Positions 58,263-64,000 of a stretch of DNA of 64,000 bases are shown here, one piece after another. Each line of letters begins with the position of its first letter. The stretch's first letter is position 1. The stretch spans positions 472,608-536,607 of the forward strand of contig JBGANV010000004.1 of the NCBI GenBank assembly GCA_044222185.1, in the 5' to 3' direction. This stretch comes from Planctomycetota bacterium (lineage in GTDB: Bacteria; Planctomycetota; GCA-002687715; CAIWVZ01). Below the pieces are notes generated by a model. That model searched no databases, was not told where the DNA came from, and saw only the letters and a program-made list of their open reading frames with translations. The position numbers were made by a program, and so were the translations under genes.

Positions 58263-58391
58263 GGAACCTCCAAGTGTGGGGTCGCGTCGGGCGTGCTTGG
58301 AGGTATGCGGCGCGTGCCGCCTGTGAGGTGTGCCCGACCGCCAGAATCTACGTCACGGAGGGGGCGCGGTGAAGTTCAACGCGCAAGAATC

Positions 58392-58719
58392 TGCACCGCC
58401 GCCGTGCGGAACGCGCCCCTCTGGCAGGCGCGGTGCAAATGGCCGCGACGGTGCCGAGCGCGGGGGAGCCGCGGAGACTCCGGGAATTCCGCGCTGGATC
58501 GGCTGTTCCCTCCACGGCGGCGACTGCACCGCGCGCGTCGTCGGGACGTGGTCGTCGTGTCCCCTCGATCCGCGCATGTCACGGTGGCCCGCGAAGATGG
58601 GAGCGTGCGTGCCCGTCGACACGATCTCCGTAGGGGTGATGTTCCGGTGCAATTGGTGCAGGTCGCACACTGCAGGATGTGCGACATCCGAACTTGCACC
58701 GGACGATGCAATCGGTGCA
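58392..58719. repeat. Iteron-like array of TGCACC/GGTGCA
   Basis: Copies at 58392, 58432, 58525, 58646, 58655, 58695 and 58714 in both orientations, in non-coding DNA. Confidence 0.65.
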
Positions 58720-58728
58720 GTTGGCGGA

Positions 58729-59622
58729 TCAGTCCTCCGCGAAGTAATCGCTGTCGAGCTTCTTCACCGCATAGATCTGCCGGTCCACGACGCCCACGCC
58801 GTGGTCGATCATGAGGTCGGCGAGTTGCTCCCCGTCAAGGAGGACGATCCGTTTCTCGATTTGCTCGGAGTACTTCCTGGCCTCGGCGCTGAATGTGGAT
58901 GTCGTGATCAAAACTCCGCGCCTCGATCGCACGCCGTCGAGGCTGCCGGCGAACGTCTGCACGACGGGCCTGCCGACGACTCCACCCCAACGTTTCGCTT
59001 GGATGTAGACCGTGTCGAGACCGAGCTTGTCCTCGCGGATCAGTCCGTCGATTCCGCCGTCACCGCTTCGCCCGAGGACACGTCCTGCGTTGCGGGCGTC
59101 GCCGCCGTACCCCATCGCCACCAGGACGTCGATCACGATCTTCTCGAAGAACGCGGGTGTACCAGCCTTGATGGTCTCGATGATGGTCTGGGCGAGGTCA
59201 CGTCGGAGGACTTGGTATGCCGCCTCAATCGTCTCTTCGGGCGTCTCGACTTCCTTCGCCGTGGTGACCACCGACGGTTCAGCCTCGCGGAACGCGCGGT
59301 ACTCCGCGTACTGCTGCAGGACGCTCATGTCGATTCGTTCTGGCTTGGACGCGAGGAGGGCATGACCACGCGGCGTGATTCGAACGACTCCGCGCGACGG
59401 CTTTTCGACCAGGCGGGCCTCCTGCATGTGTTTGATTGCCCACCCGACTCGATTGTCAGCGCGGCGTTGCCTGCCGCTCGGCAGTCTTTCTTCCAAGTCG
59501 GAGTCTGTGAGACGGAGATTCGCGGAGAGTTGCACGACGATTTCGGGCGCTCGCCGGTCCTTGTCGTCAGAGAGCAGGCGCAGCGTCGGAAGCATGAGGG
59601 ACTGGAAGTCGGGAATCGCCAT
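58729..59622 (-). CDS. mrr: Mrr family restriction endonuclease
   Basis: 'MAIPDFQSLMLP', 'NRVGWA', 'DGGIDG', 'YIQAKRW', 'GVLITTS'. Confidence 0.93.
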   Translation of the reverse strand: MAIPDFQSLMLPTLRLLSDDKDRRAPEIVVQLSANLRLTDSDLEERLPSGRQRRADNRVGWAIKHMQEARLVEKPSRGVVRITPRGHALLASKPERIDMSVLQQYAEYRAFREAEPSVVTTAKEVETPEETIEAAYQVLRRDLAQTIIETIKAGTPAFFEKIVIDVLVAMGYGGDARNAGRVLGRSGDGGIDGLIREDKLGLDTVYIQAKRWGGVVGRPVVQTFAGSLDGVRSRRGVLITTSTFSAEARKYSEQIEKRIVLLDGEQLADLMIDHGVGVVDRQIYAVKKLDSDYFAED

Positions 59623-60216
59623 GAGGGGGCAGAGTATAGCCCAACCCGCGCACGCAGATGGGGCGCGCGTGTGCGCACGGCGGCGCGCTACATCGACTCC
59701 GAGCCTGATCTCACACAAGCGACACGCACGCGACGGAAGGTAGACCGGGGGTTGCAAGAGAGCAAGAAATGAGCCCCCTGCCGACCGCGTCCGCGCGGTC
59801 CTGAAGACGAGGTCGGCGCGCCAGGAACGGGCGCCGGCGTCAGGCGTGCCTTCTACGCGGCGGACGGGACGGTGGCGTTGCTCCGGCCGAGGCGACCCGA
59901 TGAGCTGTGTGGGGCAGCCGTCATGCCGGGAGATGGTCGTCGTCTGCTCTCACGGCGCCGAGGTCTGGCGAGATGGTCAGGTGGCGCCTGACCGGTGGCC
60001 TTCGCCGGCAGATGACTGGTCATTCTCGGGCGGCGCCGCTAACGGATCGTGCCACGCAGTACCGCCGGCTCGTGTCGCAGAGCTTGGACTGCGAGGACGT
60101 TGGCGGAGCAACGAACCACACGCCCTGGAGGCCGCGTGCATTCAGCACGCGGGAATTCGCTCGCGCGGGCCCGGGCGTCGCAGCGCCCGCGGGTAGGTGA
60201 CATACGGCGATTCGAT

Positions 60217-60684
60217 CTACCCCTCTCGCTTCCACCGAGCTCGGCCGATCGAAATGAACTTGCCGACTCCCAGCGAGCCTCGTTCATTTCGGGCCTTTGA
60301 TCCGGGCGCTGTGAGAGCCATTCGAACGGCTTCATAGTCCGCCTCGTAGATTGCGACCGCGGCAAGATTGTCGTCAAGCAAAACCAGCAAGACCGCGTCG
60401 CACTTCGCGTCCAGGCGGATGCTCCCCACCCGCTGCGACTTCTTGGATCCGGGGACCAGGGAGCGTCCCTTAATCTGCAACAGTCGCGTGCCCTGTCGGA
60501 TTCGTTCAGTGGCGTCGTAGCCGGCCTGGCGGGCCCGGGCCAAGTCGAGTCCGAGGATTCTGGCGGCCTCGTACTCGGCCACTTCGCCGGTGACTCCAAG
60601 CGGTTTTCCGGTGAGTTGCCGATACCTGATTGCCAAGGGTTTGACGCCCGCAAGTATCTCGCTGATTTCGTCGTGAGAAGACAC
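60217..60684 (-). CDS. Small PD-(D/E)xK-like nuclease-fold protein
   Basis: 'TGEVAE...GYDA...LQIKG' (E...D...QxK). Confidence 0.7.
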   Translation of the reverse strand: MSSHDEISEILAGVKPLAIRYRQLTGKPLGVTGEVAEYEAARILGLDLARARQAGYDATERIRQGTRLLQIKGRSLVPGSKKSQRVGSIRLDAKCDAVLLVLLDDNLAAVAIYEADYEAVRMALTAPGSKARNERGSLGVGKFISIGRARWKREG

Positions 60685-60931
60685 GCTGTGATCGTCGTGC
60701 CGTTCGGCGAGGAAGTCAAGGACTCACCCGCGGTCCCGACTCGTGGCGCCGCCACCGGCGCGTTGCACATCTCGTCGCCGCGCCAGGTGAACCGACGGTG
60801 AAACGTGGCATGCATGCGTGGCATCCCGGCTCCGCCCAAGGCTTCTCCGACGTACCCTGAGATGCAGAAAAAATGAAACCCGGCTATCCTCTGCGCCGGT
60901 CATGCGTTCGATCGCAACGACCCGCACAGAT

Positions 60932-61711
60932 ATGGATGCTCCAACCGAGTTCTGCTCCTGGCTGAGTTCGCACGTTGCGAATGACCACAAGTACGGTCGC
61001 GACGTGTTTCGGTATCACCCTCGGTCCGACGCCCACTCCAGGAAGCTCTGTGAACTCGTGCTGCGTGACCTCGCGGTCGCATGCCCGGTCCTCGCAAGGC
61101 ACCTCGCCGCGCACGTCGTCATCGGGGTGACGAACGCCAGGTACGAGTTCCCGAGTGGGAAGCGCAAGGCCCTCGATCTGCTGGTCTGTGACGCGCCACG
61201 CGCGACCGACGCAGCAACGGCGCTCATGATCACGTCGCTTGGCCAGCCGGAGAGCTCATCGCTTCGTGTCTCGGTGGAAGCGAAACAGTGCATGACGGAG
61301 CACGGGAAGACGCAGCCCCGGATCTTCGACGAGCTGTCGTCGTCACACGAGATTGTTCACCAAGGGTGTCGAAACTCGATCGCCGGTGGTATCGTCGTTG
61401 TGAACGTGGCGACTGCCTTCGCTTCCCCATTGCGGCAGGTTTCCTCGACGGGGCCGTTGGTCGTGAGCCGCCATCGTCAGCCGGCCGTCACAGAGGCGAT
61501 GATCAAGCACCTGCGCGGCCTCAAGCAGCGAGAGAGCCCGACTGAAATCGGATTCGACGCGTTCGCGACGGTCGTCGTCGACTGCGACAACCTTGGAGCC
61601 TGCCGCCTTCACACCGAGCGACCTGCACCCCAGCCGGGTGATCTCGATCACTACGCGACGTTCATTTCGCGTCTCGCGCGCGCGTATGAATCCCGGTTCG
61701 GCGATGCGTAA
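60932..61711 (+). CDS. Putative type II restriction endonuclease
   Basis: 'LDL...VEAK' PD-(D/E)xK-like motif; convergent with a methyltransferase; start could be 60902. Confidence 0.65.
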   Translation: MDAPTEFCSWLSSHVANDHKYGRDVFRYHPRSDAHSRKLCELVLRDLAVACPVLARHLAAHVVIGVTNARYEFPSGKRKALDLLVCDAPRATDAATALMITSLGQPESSSLRVSVEAKQCMTEHGKTQPRIFDELSSSHEIVHQGCRNSIAGGIVVVNVATAFASPLRQVSSTGPLVVSRHRQPAVTEAMIKHLRGLKQRESPTEIGFDAFATVVVDCDNLGACRLHTERPAPQPGDLDHYATFISRLARAYESRFGDA

Positions 61712-62639
61712 AAATCGGCTTCGCATCGAATAGCGACGGCTCCGACAACTCGCGATGTATGCGAGCTTTCGCGAGCGTGGAGTAGGCAGGATCGATTTCG
61801 TTGCAGACGCTGTGTCGGTTGGCGCGGATCGCTGCGATCGTGACGGTTGCCGTGCCCGCGAAGGGGTCGAGAACGGTGTCTCCCGTGAACGAGAACATCC
61901 GGATCAATCGGTAAGCGAAGTCGACCGGGAATGGAGCCGGGTGCTCGCGCGTTGATGCCCCGGTGATGTCCGACCAGAGAGGCCGGAACCATGCGCCCTG
62001 CTCTTCCTTCGTCAGTCGCGAAGTCTCACGCTGGGATTGGGACGGGCTGCGGTAGTCCCCGTGCTTGCGGAGCATGAGCACGTACTCCACATCGTTCTTG
62101 ATGATCGCGTTGGGTTCGTACGGCTTGCCGAGGAATCCCCCACCGTTGCCGGCGGCCTCGAACTTGGCGTTCGCGATCTTGTTCCAGAGGATCGGCGTGA
62201 GGTAGTCGAAGCCGATCGCTCGGCATCGAGTGCTGATGTCGGCGTGAAGCGGCAGCACGTGGTGGCGGCCACCGTTCCTCCGGCGTGCGATGCAGACGTC
62301 GCCGACGTTCACAACGAGACGCCCGCCCGGAACGAGCGTCCGGTAGCAGTGTCGCCACACCTTGTCCAGTTCGTCGTGGAAGGCTTCGTAGTCGTCGATG
62401 TCTCCGAGCTGCGCCTCGTGGTCGTTGTACTTCTTGAGGTTGAAGTAAGGAGGTGAGGTGACGACGAGGTGGATCGACCCATCGTCTATCCAGCCAAGCT
62501 CGCGGGCGTCCCCGGTGTTGAGGACGTGGTGGGTGGGCTCTCCGTCGTATTTGCGAGGGACGGGAATCGCGGTGGCTTCTGCGCGGGTTCGACGTAACGC
62601 CGAAGTGGGATCGGGGGGCATCTTCTGGGGCTGTGGCAT
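61662..62639 (-). CDS. Site-specific DNA methyltransferase (beta class, probably N4-cytosine)
   Basis: 'VTSPPY' precedes 'HPAPFP' and 'VLDPFAG'. Confidence 0.92.
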   Translation of the reverse strand: MPQPQKMPPDPTSALRRTRAEATAIPVPRKYDGEPTHHVLNTGDARELGWIDDGSIHLVVTSPPYFNLKKYNDHEAQLGDIDDYEAFHDELDKVWRHCYRTLVPGGRLVVNVGDVCIARRRNGGRHHVLPLHADISTRCRAIGFDYLTPILWNKIANAKFEAAGNGGGFLGKPYEPNAIIKNDVEYVLMLRKHGDYRSPSQSQRETSRLTKEEQGAWFRPLWSDITGASTREHPAPFPVDFAYRLIRMFSFTGDTVLDPFAGTATVTIAAIRANRHSVCNEIDPAYSTLAKARIHRELSEPSLFDAKPIFTHRRTGIHTRARDAK

Positions 62640-63013
62640 GGACGACACGAGACTTTACCGACCTCCGCCACGTGTGGAAGGCGCGGACAGGAACGATGAG
62701 GTGCGGACCCGTGGCTGGCCGAAAGGGATCATCGCATCGCGGGGTGACATCCGCCTTCCTACCGAGATTCCTAGGCAGGAGGCTCCAAGATCCCGCGATC
62801 ATCGAGATTGTCATCGGAGGGCCGCTCCACCGCGGTGGGCCAGTCGGCGAAGACGGTGACAACGGAGGATGTCCGGTAGGTTGTCGTACTCCGCGGCAAG
62901 AGGTCCGCGATGGCAGTTGCGGCCTTCGGCACGGCTGCGGTGGTGGTCATGCCATGCGCGGTGCGGGGCGCGTCCATCTCAGCTCACCTCGGTCCCCTCT
63001 GTGCCCTGCACGG

Positions 63014-64000
63014 TCAGCGATAAAGTGCTGCGGCGGACGCTGCCACTCGATTCAGCGTGGACCGGACTTCGAATAACAGATCGTCAGCTGGCATGTTGGC
63101 ATCCTGCTTCAGGATCTCGTACCCGAGCGCCATCGCGTACTCGCTGAACGCGATCTCGTACGACAGCCGCCGGAAGGTGGGGTCCTCGACGCGCCCTCCG
63201 CCGAGCGCGGCGGCCACGACCGAGTGGTCGAGATTGATGAGGATCGTCAACGTTGTCGAGTCGTATCGAGATCGCTCTTCATCGCGGCCGAGGTTCTTGT
63301 AGTCAACCCGGAAGCCACCGCGGGGACGACGCTGAGGGCCCGCTCCACCCCGAGGATCGACTGAGCTCTTGCCGGCATCGTGGGGCGTCCCTCGCGGGGT
63401 CACGGTCGGCACCTTTCGCCCTCCTCCTCCGCTGCCCTCGCTTCCCGGGTTACTTGGTTCGACGTCTCCTGGCCGCTTCGTGCCCTTCACCCAGTCATCG
63501 GCCTCATCGCCGGCCGGTTCGCCAGAACCGAATGGCGCCGCCGTTGCGCCTCGATGAGACGCTGCCGCCCGGATCTGGTGAAGGCGGTCGCGCACACGCT
63601 GGAAGTCTTGGTTCAAGATCTCGGCGATCTTGTCCGCCTCGACCGAGAGACGACGCGCCTGCTCGGTTCGTCTTGCTTCTTTCGCGCACTCAACCAGCTT
63701 GGTTCTGACCTGTTCGAGCTTCGACCCAAGGAACGGGATGAGCTCCGCAACGACCGGATGTTGCGGATTCAGCTCAAGCGAGCGTGTGGCGGTGTAAGGC
63801 GCGATCTTGGTGTCGAAGGTCTCGATTGCCGGAACATCGACGTTCCCGAAGAGGTAGTTTCCGAGTTCCTTCGTTTCGATCCCACAGCTTTCAACAGCAA
63901 CCGTGTTGCCCGGGCCGGCGGTGACGACGATGCCTTGGAATCCTTCCGGTAGCGGCGCGCACGCGACCTTAATGGTCAGCTTGATCGCGCCTACGACCTC
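63014..64000 (-). CDS. C-terminal part of a probable GHKL/MORC-like ATPase (5'-partial)
   Basis: Frame is open to the window end (EVVGAIKLTIKV...YLFGNVDVP...TATRS), then a coiled coil, a low-complexity linker and 'ILINLDH'; the ATPase domain itself is not in the window. Confidence 0.55.
   Translation of the reverse strand, partial: EVVGAIKLTIKVACAPLPEGFQGIVVTAGPGNTVAVESCGIETKELGNYLFGNVDVPAIETFDTKIAPYTATRSLELNPQHPVVAELIPFLGSKLEQVRTKLVECAKEARRTEQARRLSVEADKIAEILNQDFQRVRDRLHQIRAAASHRGATAAPFGSGEPAGDEADDWVKGTKRPGDVEPSNPGSEGSGGGGRKVPTVTPRGTPHDAGKSSVDPRGGAGPQRRPRGGFRVDYKNLGRDEERSRYDSTTLTILINLDHSVVAAALGGGRVEDPTFRRLSYEIAFSEYAMALGYEILKQDANMPADDLLFEVRSTLNRVAASAAALYR

Larger units (their letters stand above)
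38464..64000. mobile_element. tRNA-Pro-associated genomic island (defence cargo plus phage-satellite-like module); right end beyond the window
   Basis: Abrupt switch from housekeeping genes to nuclease, recombinase, primase and terminase genes right after the tRNA; no second att copy seen in the window. Confidence 0.8.

Noticed and set aside
59623-60216. Possible genes or remnants between mrr and the small nuclease (also 38560-38889, 44267-44595, 62650-63013)
   Set aside because: Short ORFs lack motifs or a clear RBS; they may be decayed fragments but cannot be supported.
38464-64000. Second att copy (duplicate of the tRNA-Pro 3' end)
   Set aside because: Not found by eye in the window, so the island's right boundary is left undefined.

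Overview
High-GC bacterial window, probably Planctomycetota-like (inferred from gene families and secreted-protein style, not proven). The first part (1 to about 38.5 kb) is core genome. It holds OsmC, DinB, an RsmC-like methyltransferase, UbiD, a ferredoxin, large secreted proteins, ugd, a SWIM-SNF2 ATPase and a secreted 9-heme cytochrome. It also holds a respiratory supercluster: a Rieske/split cytochrome b/octaheme cytochrome c operon (minus strand) diverging from an A2-type cytochrome c oxidase operon with assembly genes, interrupted by an antisense tRNA-Val. The second part starts after tRNA-Pro(GGG) at 38389-38463 and runs past the window end as a genomic island. Defence cargo (NYN RNase, coiled-coil McrB/McrC-like pair, UDG-superfamily glycosylase) is followed by an all-minus-strand phage-satellite-like module. 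That module has an integrase, an excisionase-like HTH, a SpoVG-like protein, a primase-helicase, an XerC-like recombinase with an orphan core-binding-domain protein and an inverted-repeat-flanked segment, TerL, TerS and a ParB-methyltransferase, but no capsid, portal or tail genes. More defence genes follow (Mrr, a small nuclease, a type II R-M-like pair, a partial MORC-like ATPase). All calls come from motifs read by eye; no searches were run. Some start codons were moved from the ORF track to more plausible positions.
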